Below are positions 10,974-19,529 of a stretch of 64,000 nt of DNA, one piece after another. Numbering within the stretch: position 1 is the first letter of the stretch; every line of letters starts with the position of its first letter. A program made the translations under genes and the position numbers. Below the pieces are notes generated by a model. The model made no database searches. It was not told where the DNA came from and saw only the letters and a program-made list of their open reading frames with translations. The stretch is from contig CAVZZO010000003.1 in NCBI GenBank assembly GCA_963779755.1, forward strand, positions 1,056,001 through 1,120,000, given 5' to 3'. The DNA comes from an uncultured Gemmatimonadales bacterium. GTDB lineage: Bacteria > Gemmatimonadota > Gemmatimonadetes > Gemmatimonadales > GWC2-71-9.

Positions 10974-12326
10974 CTACTCTTCCGCCGGCTTGAAGGCGTT
11001 GGCGGTGAGGTCGCCCAGCAGCCCGTGCCAGACGTGGTTGGGATTATCCTCGACCTCGCGCACGATTGCCCGCATGCGGGCCAGTACCGGCGGCTCCTCC
11101 TCCTCGTAGACGTCTCCCTGCAGCAGCTTGAGCACGTCCAGCCGGTAGCGCGGATCGCGGATGAACGCGGTGAAGAGGACGTTGAGCCGGTAGTAGACGC
11201 TGATGAAATTGTACCAGTTCTTCGTGCCCCGCCGGATGGTCGACTCGTAGTCGTTGAAGGCGGCCCGGGAGCAGTCGCCTCCCTCCAGCGCCCGCAGAAT
11301 GTCGGTGTGGGCGAAACGTGAGCTGTTGAGCGCAATGCTGACGCCGGTGGAGAAGATCGGGTCCACGAAGCGGCCGGCGTCGCCCACCGTTAGCCAGTTG
11401 TCTCCGGCAATCTGGCTCATGCCATAGCTGTAGTCGCCCTCCTCGGTGAAGGCGCGCACCTGCTCGGCGCGGCGCAGGGCCTCGTGCAACTCCGGCCGGC
11501 TGGCCACGCAGTCCCAGAAGAACTTCTCCCGGTCGCCCGCGGCCTTGAAGTGCCGTTTCTGAGTGACCACGCCAACGCTGGTGACGGTGTCGCTGATGGG
11601 AATCTGCCAGACCCAGCTGTTGGTGATGGGCAGGAAGTGGACGTAGATGTAGTCTCCCTTCGTCCGGTCTCCCATCATGGTCGCATGCCGGTCGTAGCCG
11701 TCGAACCAGGTGTGGATGGCGTACTGATCGAACACCTTGTCCATCACCTTCAGCTTGAGCCGGTTCCCCAGGAAGGTGCGCCGGCCGCTGGCATCCACCA
11801 CCATGCGGCAGCTGGCCCCCGCCTCCTTCCGCCCCAGATTGAACCGGATCCGCGGCAGGCCCGGGTCGCTGAAATCTACGTCGCGGACACCGACCCCTTC
11901 GATCACCTGGGCTCCGAGCTTCTGGGCATGCTGCAGCAGTAGCGTGTCGAACTTCCCGCGGTCCACGTGGTAGGTGTAGTTCTGGTCTACCCCCTGCTGC
12001 TGCCGCTCCTCGAAGCGGATGTCGGCCATGCAATCGGCCTCCAATCCCTCCCACCCATGCTCGTAGGCGCGCGAGCTGCCGGTGGCGGTCCATATGGCCC
12101 CGAACTTGTGGGGGAATCCTGCCTCCTCCATGACGGGCAGGAAGTCCAGGTCCCGGAATACCCTGGTGCTCGAGGGAACCAGCGATTCGCCTACGTGGGG
12201 CCGGGGAAAAAGCTCGCGCTCGAAGACCGCGCAGGTCACCCCGGCCCTGGCCAGGTAGGCCGCCATGCTCGCGCCGGCGGGGCCGCCGCCGATGATGCCG
12301 ACATCGAAATCGGTCTGGGAAGTCAT
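10974..12326 (-). CDS. pltA: Flavin-dependent halogenase, pyrrolyl-carrier-protein type (PltA-like)
   Basis: GGGPAG, FPRPHVGESL, catalytic-Lys region FPHKFGA, WVWQIP (WxWxIP), GDAGRFVDPIFSTG. The C-terminus NWYNFISVYYRLNVLFTAF..DPRYRLD.LKLLQGDVY closely matches my recollection of PltA. ATG 12326 has a GGAGGA RBS. Confidence 0.9.
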   Translation of the reverse strand: MTSQTDFDVGIIGGGPAGASMAAYLARAGVTCAVFERELFPRPHVGESLVPSSTRVFRDLDFLPVMEEAGFPHKFGAIWTATGSSRAYEHGWEGLEADCMADIRFEERQQQGVDQNYTYHVDRGKFDTLLLQHAQKLGAQVIEGVGVRDVDFSDPGLPRIRFNLGRKEAGASCRMVVDASGRRTFLGNRLKLKVMDKVFDQYAIHTWFDGYDRHATMMGDRTKGDYIYVHFLPITNSWVWQIPISDTVTSVGVVTQKRHFKAAGDREKFFWDCVASRPELHEALRRAEQVRAFTEEGDYSYGMSQIAGDNWLTVGDAGRFVDPIFSTGVSIALNSSRFAHTDILRALEGGDCSRAAFNDYESTIRRGTKNWYNFISVYYRLNVLFTAFIRDPRYRLDVLKLLQGDVYEEEEPPVLARMRAIVREVEDNPNHVWHGLLGDLTANAFKPAEE

Positions 12327-12774
12327 CGGCTCCTCCGGTCCGGGGCCGCCGGAGAGCAGGACCTGCAAGCGTTCGCGCAGCAGACGAATCCGGCGCGCGC
12401 GGCTGAGATCTTGTCAGCGCCCTTGCGGTCGATGGTCTGGTACCGGTTGCAGATCACCGTGAGATAGACCGATCGGAAATGGGGTTGTGGCCTGCCCGCC
12501 ACAACGGCCGCAGCAGCACAGCAGGGATGATCCAGCCTACCGGCGGAATCGCGACGGCCGGTGACTCCCCGATACCCGTCCGGGAGCCGGAGCACCCTCC
12601 CGAGCACAAACCATGCCCTCGAGGCCTCCCTGCGGGCCGGGTGCCGGCCATGCCGAGGGCCGCTAGCTTACCCGGAGCAGGTGCCCGCAGCTGGAATGAG
12701 CCCGCAGCCCGGGGCCAACGCGCACAGTTCCTGCTGCCGGCGATATCGCTGGGACCACGGATGAGGAGCCGGTC
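12327..12774. promoter_or_regulatory. Divergent intergenic region between halogenase and prolyl-PCP dehydrogenase
   Basis: About 450 nt between head-to-head genes, both with GAGGAG-type RBS; no promoter motif confidently read. Confidence 0.4.
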
Positions 12775-13923
12775 ATGGATTTCGCCTGGTCTGTTGAACA
12801 GCTCGCGTTCCGGGACGCGGTCATCGACTTCGCACGTAGGTCTCTCCAGGACGATCTGATCTCGCGGGACCGCGCGAGCGAATTCAGCCGGGAGCAGTGG
12901 AGCCGGTGCGCCGAGTTCGGTATTCAGGGGCTTCCATTCCCCGAGGAATTCGGCGGGGCCGGCAGCGACATTCTGACGACCATCCTCGCCATGGAATCGC
13001 TGGGGTACGGCTGCCGGGACAACGGGCTGCTGTTCGGCCTCGCGGCGCAGATGTGGAGCGTGCAGATGCCGATCCACCAGTTTGCCTCGGCCGAGGCGAA
13101 GCACCGCTACCTGCCGAAGCTCTGCCGCGGCGAGTGGATCGGGGCCCACGCCATGAGCGAACCCGATTCCGGGTCGGACGCATTTGCCCTGCGCACCACG
13201 GCAGTCCGCGAGGGCGAAGAATACATCCTGAACGGCACCAAGACTTTCGTCAGCAACGGCCCCGTGGCCGACCTGTTTCTCGTCTTTGCCACCATCGACC
13301 GGAGCAAGGGCTTCCTCGGCCTCACCGGATTCCTGGTGGAGCGGGAGTGGCCGGGCGTCGGGGTGAGCCGGGAGATCGACAAGATGGGCCTGCGCACCTC
13401 GCCCATGGCCGAGGTGACGCTGGAGAACTGCCGGGTGCCGGCGGTGAACCGGATGGGCCGCGAGGGACGCGCGGGCGCCCTGTTCAACGACTCCATGGAG
13501 TGGGAACGGGCCTGCATCCTGGCCAGCGCCATCGGCACCATGGAGCGGCAGCTGGAAGAGTCCATCGCCTATGCTCAGCAGCGGCACCAGTTCGGCCAGC
13601 CAGTCGCCAAGTTCCAGGCCGTGGCCAACCGGCTGGTCGCCATGAAGCTGCGGCTGGAAACCGCGCGGCTGCTGCTCTACCGGGCCGCCTGGCGCAAGTC
13701 CCGGGGTGACGCGCAGTCTGGTATGGATGCCGCGCTGGCCAAGCTCTGCCTCAGCGAAAGCTGGGTGGCGTCGGCCCTCGATGCAGTCCAGATCAGAGGC
13801 GGGTACGGCTATACCACGGAGTATCAGGTGGAGCGGGAACTGCGGGACGCTGTGGGGGCGACCCTCTATTCCGGCACCTCTGATATTCAGAAGAACCTGG
13901 TTGCCCGCTACCTCGGCCTGTGA
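12775..13923 (+). CDS. pltE: L-prolyl-[PCP] dehydrogenase (acyl-CoA dehydrogenase family; PltE/RedW/AnaB-like)
   Basis: MDFAW start, LGYGCRDNGLLF, AHAMSEPDSGSDAF, KMGLRTSP, WERACI, GATLYSGTSDIQKN; clustered with a carrier protein and a Pro adenylation enzyme. Confidence 0.85.
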   Translation: MDFAWSVEQLAFRDAVIDFARRSLQDDLISRDRASEFSREQWSRCAEFGIQGLPFPEEFGGAGSDILTTILAMESLGYGCRDNGLLFGLAAQMWSVQMPIHQFASAEAKHRYLPKLCRGEWIGAHAMSEPDSGSDAFALRTTAVREGEEYILNGTKTFVSNGPVADLFLVFATIDRSKGFLGLTGFLVEREWPGVGVSREIDKMGLRTSPMAEVTLENCRVPAVNRMGREGRAGALFNDSMEWERACILASAIGTMERQLEESIAYAQQRHQFGQPVAKFQAVANRLVAMKLRLETARLLLYRAAWRKSRGDAQSGMDAALAKLCLSESWVASALDAVQIRGGYGYTTEYQVERELRDAVGATLYSGTSDIQKNLVARYLGL

Positions 13924-14184
13924 CCACATTGGTGTCGCAACCCTGCAACAAGCATCAGCACCATCCCCGCTGGTCCGGCCGCGTCTATACAGCTTAATCG
14001 CTTTATTGGCAATATCTTAACGGCCTCTTCCAGCTTCAGGGCATGGTGGCACAGGCATAGCACCCTCCACCTGGGTTTCGCCTTCAACCATGGTCGCTTC
14101 CCGCGGCCAGATCCGCCTCCGGCCGCCGGCACTCTCCCAGGACCGCCGGTGGGGAAGCCTCGCACTCCGGCAGGAGCAGTGTGA

Positions 14185-16737
14185 ATGACGGCTGGAACAC
14201 TGACGGCGGCAGCTCGGGAGCAAGCGGGTACCAGAATCGCCCGCGCGGACGTCCAGCAGCTCGCCCTGGTGACGGTGCAGCTGGTGCTGGCGCTCCTGGT
14301 GGTTCGGACGTTCCAGCTGGAGAGCCGGACGTTCTACAATATCCTGCTGCTGGCCGCCGGCGGTTTCCTGGTGAGCGCGCTACTCCCATTGCGCTTCCGG
14401 CAAGCCTGGTTCGTGGCCGTGTCGTTCACCGGGATCGGGGTCGCCTTCGGGGTGGCCGGAGGCGTGTGGCTGGTCGGCGCCGGCCTGTGCCTGATCGCCA
14501 TCTGTCACCTTCCGATCGCGTTCCGCTGGCGCGTGGTGGGCCTGCTGGCGGCGGCGGGCGGCCTGGCGCTCATGCGGGCAGGCAAGATCACCTCACCGTG
14601 GCCCCTGTCGATCTGGCCCATCCTGGGCTCGATGTTCATGTTCCGCCTGATCATGTACATGTACTCCCTGCGGTTCGACAACACGCCGCCGAAGCTGTCG
14701 CGGACGCTGGCGTACTTCTTCATGTTGCCGAACGTTGCGTTTCCGCTGTTTCCGCTGGTGGACTACGGCGTGTTCGCCCGGACCTACTACGAGACGGGCG
14801 CGTTCCGCATCTACCAGCGCGGCGTCAAGTGGATCGCCCGCGGCATGCTGCATCTGCTTCTCTATCGCCTGGTGTACTACCACCTGGTGATGCAGCCGGC
14901 CGATATCACCAGTCTGGGCGGCCTCCTGCAGCACTTCGCTTCCACCTTCCTGCTCTATCTCCGGGTATCCGGCCAGTTCCACATCGCGGTGGGGATGCTG
15001 CACCTCTTCGGCTTCCACCTGCCGGAGACGCACCACCTGTACTACCTGTCGTCCAGTTTCACCGACCTCTGGCGCCGGACGAATATCTACTGGAAAGATT
15101 TCATCATGAAATACGTCTACTATCCGGCGTATTTCAGGACACGGAGGCTGGGGCCGACGACGGGGGTCGTGATTTCCATGGGCGTGGTGTTCGTGCTCAC
15201 CTGGCTGTTCCATTCCTACCAGTGGTTCTGGCTGCGGGGCAGTTTTCCGCTGACGGCAACCGACGGCCTGTTCTGGTTCGTGATGACCGCCTTCCTCCTG
15301 GTCGCCGTGCTGAAGGAAACGCGGCAGGGACGACGACGGACCCTGATCACGGAGAAGCGCTGGCGCGTCCGCCGCGGCCTGGCGGCGGTGGCGATGTTCG
15401 CCATCATCAGCATGCTGTGGACCCTGTGGGACAGCAGTTCCGTACGCGACTTCCTGAGCCTGTTCCAGGTCGCCACCCGCGTGAGCCTGAAACAACTCCT
15501 GGCCATCGGAGGCATCGTGGGGCTGTACCTGGGGATCGCCGGGTGGCCGTGGGGCGTACAGACGCTGGCGGAGCGACAGAACAAGGCACCGAAGCACTGG
15601 TGGAGGCAGTCGAGCCTGCAGACCATGGCGCTCCTGGCCGGCCTCCTGGCGCTGGGCAACGCATGGACCCGGGAACACCTGCTCAACCGGACGGCACGAC
15701 AGGTCATGGTCTCCCTGCAGGAGAGCCGGCTCAACGACCGGGACGCCGCCATGCTGCAGCGGGGCTACTACGAGCAACTCATGAACGTCGAGCGCTACAA
15801 CAACCAGCTGTGGGACATGTACCGGGACAAGCCGCCCGGCTGGGTGGGGGCGACCAAGACCGATGCGTACCACGCGCTGCCCACCCTGCTGGGCGGCGAG
15901 TTGAAGCCGTTGGCTCGGCTGGAACTCAAGGACGCGCTGTTCAGCACCAACCGGTGGGGCATGCGCGACCGCGACTACACGTTGGAGAAGCCTGTGGGTA
16001 CCGTGCGGCTCGCCCTGCTTGGACCCTCGGACGTCATGGGCTCGGGCGTGACGGATTCGCAGACATTCGAGAATGTGGTGGAGCGCCGGCTCAACCGGGA
16101 GGCGGCGGCCGATTCGCAGCACTACGAGATCCTGAATTTCTCGGTAGCGGCCTTCAGCCTGGTCCAGCAGGCGGTAATGCTGGAGGAACGGGTCTGGAAG
16201 TTCGATCCGGATGCGGTGGCGGCCACCTACCATCCGGGATCCGACGGGCGAGTCGCCTACCAGCACCTGGCCAAGTCGTTCCTGGACAACATCCCGATCC
16301 ACGACGCGACGCTGAACGACATCATCCGGCGATCCGGGGTTCACCGGGGGGACGTACAGCCGGTGGTCTTTCGCAAGCTGCGGCCCTACAGCCGTGAGAT
16401 CGAGCAATGGTGCTTCCACACCATCGCCTCCGCTGCCCGGGCCCACGGCGTCCCGGCGCTCCTGCTGGTGGTGGACCCGCCGGGCGAACCCTCCAGAGCG
16501 GAGGATCCGATGCTCCCCATCGCCCGCCGGGAAGGCCTCGTCATCGCAGACATCCGCGACGCCTACGGCTCCCACGACCTGGATTCCCTGATGCTGGCCG
16601 AGTGGGATGAGCATCCCTCCGCGGAGGCACACCACCTGATGGCGCAGCGGATGTACCAGGAGCTCAAGGCCCACCCCGAATTTCTGCGACCTCACCGGCC
16701 CGAAGAGGCCGGAACCGCCACCCCGGAGGGGCAATGA
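14185..16737 (+). CDS. MBOAT O/N-acyltransferase fused to a C-terminal SGNH-like domain (AlgI/DltB plus AlgJ/DltD-like)
   Basis: Multi-TM N-terminal half with YYLSSSFTDLWRRTNIYWKDF and TWLFHSYQWFW (MBOAT His). Soluble domain with TNRWGMRD, LLGPSDVMGSGV, EILNFSV and WDEHPS. AGGAG RBS. Confidence 0.85.
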   Translation: MTAGTLTAAAREQAGTRIARADVQQLALVTVQLVLALLVVRTFQLESRTFYNILLLAAGGFLVSALLPLRFRQAWFVAVSFTGIGVAFGVAGGVWLVGAGLCLIAICHLPIAFRWRVVGLLAAAGGLALMRAGKITSPWPLSIWPILGSMFMFRLIMYMYSLRFDNTPPKLSRTLAYFFMLPNVAFPLFPLVDYGVFARTYYETGAFRIYQRGVKWIARGMLHLLLYRLVYYHLVMQPADITSLGGLLQHFASTFLLYLRVSGQFHIAVGMLHLFGFHLPETHHLYYLSSSFTDLWRRTNIYWKDFIMKYVYYPAYFRTRRLGPTTGVVISMGVVFVLTWLFHSYQWFWLRGSFPLTATDGLFWFVMTAFLLVAVLKETRQGRRRTLITEKRWRVRRGLAAVAMFAIISMLWTLWDSSSVRDFLSLFQVATRVSLKQLLAIGGIVGLYLGIAGWPWGVQTLAERQNKAPKHWWRQSSLQTMALLAGLLALGNAWTREHLLNRTARQVMVSLQESRLNDRDAAMLQRGYYEQLMNVERYNNQLWDMYRDKPPGWVGATKTDAYHALPTLLGGELKPLARLELKDALFSTNRWGMRDRDYTLEKPVGTVRLALLGPSDVMGSGVTDSQTFENVVERRLNREAAADSQHYEILNFSVAAFSLVQQAVMLEERVWKFDPDAVAATYHPGSDGRVAYQHLAKSFLDNIPIHDATLNDIIRRSGVHRGDVQPVVFRKLRPYSREIEQWCFHTIASAARAHGVPALLLVVDPPGEPSRAEDPMLPIARREGLVIADIRDAYGSHDLDSLMLAEWDEHPSAEAHHLMAQRMYQELKAHPEFLRPHRPEEAGTATPEGQ

Positions 16738-16997
16738 CACGCGAGGAGATCACCCGGACCGTCAAGGAGTTCATTCTCTCTCACTTTCTTCCGGGAGAGG
16801 ACCCCGCGGCGCTGACCCCCACGACGGCTCTGATCACCGATGGAGTGCTGGATTCCCTGGCCACCCTGGAACTGGTCTCGTTCCTGGAAGAGCGCTACGG
16901 CATCGAGCTGGAGGCCCATGAAGTTGACGCTTCCCGGATCGGCACCCTGGAGGGCATCGCCACTCTGGTGCTCGGCAAGACGGGCAGCAAGGTCTAG
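16734..16997 (+). CDS. Stand-alone peptidyl/acyl carrier protein (PltL-like)
   Basis: LITDGVLDSLATLELVSFLEERYGI phosphopantetheine Ser motif; ATGA overlap with the MBOAT gene. Confidence 0.9.
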   Translation: MTREEITRTVKEFILSHFLPGEDPAALTPTTALITDGVLDSLATLELVSFLEERYGIELEAHEVDASRIGTLEGIATLVLGKTGSKV

Positions 16998-17002
16998 CCC
17001 CG

Positions 17003-18547
17003 GTGCTGTTGCAGCAGTACCTGGACCGGTCAGCCGCCCGGTCGCCCGAGGCGATCGCGGTGGTGGATCCCGAACGGGGGGGCTGCATCTCCTACCGGGA
17101 CCTGGCGGTGCTGTCCGATCGGGTCCGTGACCGGTTGCGCTGTCAGGGGGTCGTTTCCGGCGATCGGGTCGGGATCTACCTGCCCAAGTCCATCGATGCG
17201 GTTGCGGCCCTCTTCGGCGTGCTCAAGACCGGTGCGGCCTACGTCCCCATCGATCCCGGCTCCCCGGCCTGGCGGGCCGCATACATCCTGGGCAATTGTG
17301 CGGTCCGGACCGCCATCGTGGAGGAGGGCTTCCTGGCGTCCCTCCGCGCCGATCCCGATGTACCCGCCATCCAGCCGCTGGTCGTCCCTCAGGCCGGAAA
17401 CGGGGGACTCCGCGCCGCGCTGGACGCCGCCGACGCTCTGGCACCCGCGCCCCCCAGCGAGACGGCCCGGCCCGGCCCCGAGGCGCTGGCCTACATCCTC
17501 TACACCTCCGGCAGCACGGGGAAGCCCAAGGGCGTGATGCTCTCGCAGCAGGCGGCCACCAGTTACGTAGACTGGTGCTCCGAAGTCTTCCGCCCGACCG
17601 CAGACGACCGCTTCTCGTCACACGCCCCGTTCCACTTCGACCTGTCCATCCTGGACATCTTCGTGCCGCTGAAACACGGTGCCCGGCTGGTCCTGGTCGG
17701 GGAGGAACTGGGAAAAGAGCCGCTGCGGCTGGCCCCGGTGATCGCCGGCCAGGGCATCAGTGTCTGGTATTCGACGCCCTCGATCCTCAACCTTCTGGCC
17801 CGCTACGGCAAGCTGGACCGCTACAGCTGGGGTGCGCTGCGGCTGGTCCTCTTTGCCGGAGAGGTATTCCCCGTGCCACAGCTTCGAGAGCTGAAGGCGC
17901 TCTGGCCCCGCCCGCGCTACTTCAACCTGTACGGACCGACGGAAACCAACGTCTGCACCTACTACGAAATACCCGCCGTGGTGCCGCCCGGGCGGAAGGA
18001 TCCCTACCCCATCGGGCGATCCTGCGAGCACCTGCGGTGCCGGGTGGTGGATCAGGACGGCCGGGAGGTCCGGCGGGGCGAGGAGGGCGAGCTGGTGGTG
18101 CACGGTCCCGGCGTGATGTCGGGCTACTGGAATCTGCCGGAGCAGAATGCCAGCGCGTTTCTGGTGGACCAGGGCGGAATGCGCTGGTACCACACCGGCG
18201 ACCTGGTGGTTGAGGAGCCGGAGGCGGGATACGTCTTTCACGGCCGTCGGGACCGGATGGTCAAGCGCCGCGGCTACCGGGTGGAGCTGGGTGAGATCGA
18301 AGCCGGGCTGGCGGCGCACCCCGGGCTGCGCGAAGTGGCCGTGACCGCGGCGGCAGACAACGCGTCCGGCGTGCGCATCAAGGCGTTCCTGGTCCATCAG
18401 GGAGAGCGGCCCTCGCTCATCGCGCTGAAGCAGTTCTGCGTGGAGCGGCTGCCGCGCTACATGGTCCCCGACCAGTTCGCTTTTCTCGACGCTCTGCCGC
18501 GTACCTCCACTGACAAGATCGACTATCAGGCCCTGAAAACGCTCTGA
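17003..18547 (+). CDS. pltF: Stand-alone L-proline adenylation enzyme (PltF/RedM/CloN4-like)
   Basis: YILYTSGSTGKPKG, FDLSIL, VWYSTP, LFAGE, NLYGPTETNVC, YHTGD, PRTSTDKID; manually extracted specificity code DLLYLALVCK. Confidence 0.87.
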   Translation: MLLQQYLDRSAARSPEAIAVVDPERGGCISYRDLAVLSDRVRDRLRCQGVVSGDRVGIYLPKSIDAVAALFGVLKTGAAYVPIDPGSPAWRAAYILGNCAVRTAIVEEGFLASLRADPDVPAIQPLVVPQAGNGGLRAALDAADALAPAPPSETARPGPEALAYILYTSGSTGKPKGVMLSQQAATSYVDWCSEVFRPTADDRFSSHAPFHFDLSILDIFVPLKHGARLVLVGEELGKEPLRLAPVIAGQGISVWYSTPSILNLLARYGKLDRYSWGALRLVLFAGEVFPVPQLRELKALWPRPRYFNLYGPTETNVCTYYEIPAVVPPGRKDPYPIGRSCEHLRCRVVDQDGREVRRGEEGELVVHGPGVMSGYWNLPEQNASAFLVDQGGMRWYHTGDLVVEEPEAGYVFHGRRDRMVKRRGYRVELGEIEAGLAAHPGLREVAVTAAADNASGVRIKAFLVHQGERPSLIALKQFCVERLPRYMVPDQFAFLDALPRTSTDKIDYQALKTL

Positions 18548-18599
18548 CCCGCGCCGTTCCCATGGACGGAGCGGCACACGCTGTGGCGGAGCGGCCGGC

Positions 18600-19529
18600 T
18601 CATGCCCTTCCCGTCAGGTACCCCATCAGCTCGCCCGCACTCCAGGCGGTCAGCAGCAGGAAGACCACCGCACCGGCCCGCAGATAGCGGCCGGTATCCC
18701 TGCCCCGGCTTGTCCGGCCCCGAAGGTGCCGGAGCCAGAGCAGCGGTGGCAGCGCCGGCGACAGCGCGGCCAGCAGGAGCCGCCGGTGCGGCGGGATCTC
18801 CCGGGCCCGGGTGTAGGCGAACAGGCGTCCCCAGCCGAAGCGCTCGGCCAGCAGCGCGCCCAGCCGCAATCCATCCCGCATCTGGTCCACCGCTATCTCG
18901 GGACTGAGGTAGAGCGTCTCCCCCCGCCGCCGCAGGGCCCAGTGAACCGTGGTCTCATGATACCGGTCGGCCCAGAGATCGCGGGTTGCCTCCAGGGCGC
19001 CGCGTTTGTAGCAGATGTTGACGTCCGAGACATACTCCCGCGGCCCCCCCTCGAAGGGCAGTTGATAGCGGCCGAAATCGCAGAAGTACACCGCCCAGTT
19101 GAGCACGCTATCGCGGGCGTTTTCGATCGCACCGCCGATCACTGCGTGGGGCAGGCGCGCATGCAGCGCCGCCATGCCGCGGGCCCAGTCGCTCCGGGGG
19201 ACGCCCCGGTCCTCGAGTATGGCGACGAGGTCGCCCCGCGCCCGGGCCAGGCCGGCGGCGCGGCGCCGGTCATACAGCTCGTGCTGGCCGGCCGGGCTCC
19301 CCGCCGGACGCCGGGTCTCCAGCCGGCCCAGCGGGAGAAAGATCAGGCCGGGATAGCGGCGCTCCAGGGCCTCGATGCCCGCCACGCTCTCGTCCCACGG
19401 CACGATCACCTCGAGCGCCGGCCCCTCCTGCTGCCGGCCCAGCGCATCGAGGCACCGCGCCAGGGTCTCGCCGCCGTCCACGATGGTGACCACGACCGAC
19501 AGCAGGGGCGCCGGAGAGGAAGCGTTCAC
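18600..19529 (-). CDS. Glycosyltransferase family 2-like protein
   Basis: LSVVVT, RRAAGLARARGDLVAILED, GGAIEN, C-terminal TM segments; paralog of 50105..51016. Confidence 0.75.
   Translation of the reverse strand: MNASSPAPLLSVVVTIVDGGETLARCLDALGRQQEGPALEVIVPWDESVAGIEALERRYPGLIFLPLGRLETRRPAGSPAGQHELYDRRRAAGLARARGDLVAILEDRGVPRSDWARGMAALHARLPHAVIGGAIENARDSVLNWAVYFCDFGRYQLPFEGGPREYVSDVNICYKRGALEATRDLWADRYHETTVHWALRRRGETLYLSPEIAVDQMRDGLRLGALLAERFGWGRLFAYTRAREIPPHRRLLLAALSPALPPLLWLRHLRGRTSRGRDTGRYLRAGAVVFLLLTAWSAGELMGYLTGRA

Noticed and set aside
12775..13923. Beta-oxidation acyl-CoA dehydrogenase
   Set aside because: Sequence features and context fit prolyl-carrier dehydrogenases; no fatty-acid catabolism genes are nearby.
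14185..18547. dltABCD teichoic-acid D-alanylation operon
   Set aside because: The adenylation code is Pro-type, and the linked dehydrogenase and halogenase have no role in Dlt.
10974..18547. Complete pyoluteorin, prodigiosin or anatoxin cluster
   Set aside because: No PKS, NRPS condensation or other assembly genes are present in the window.
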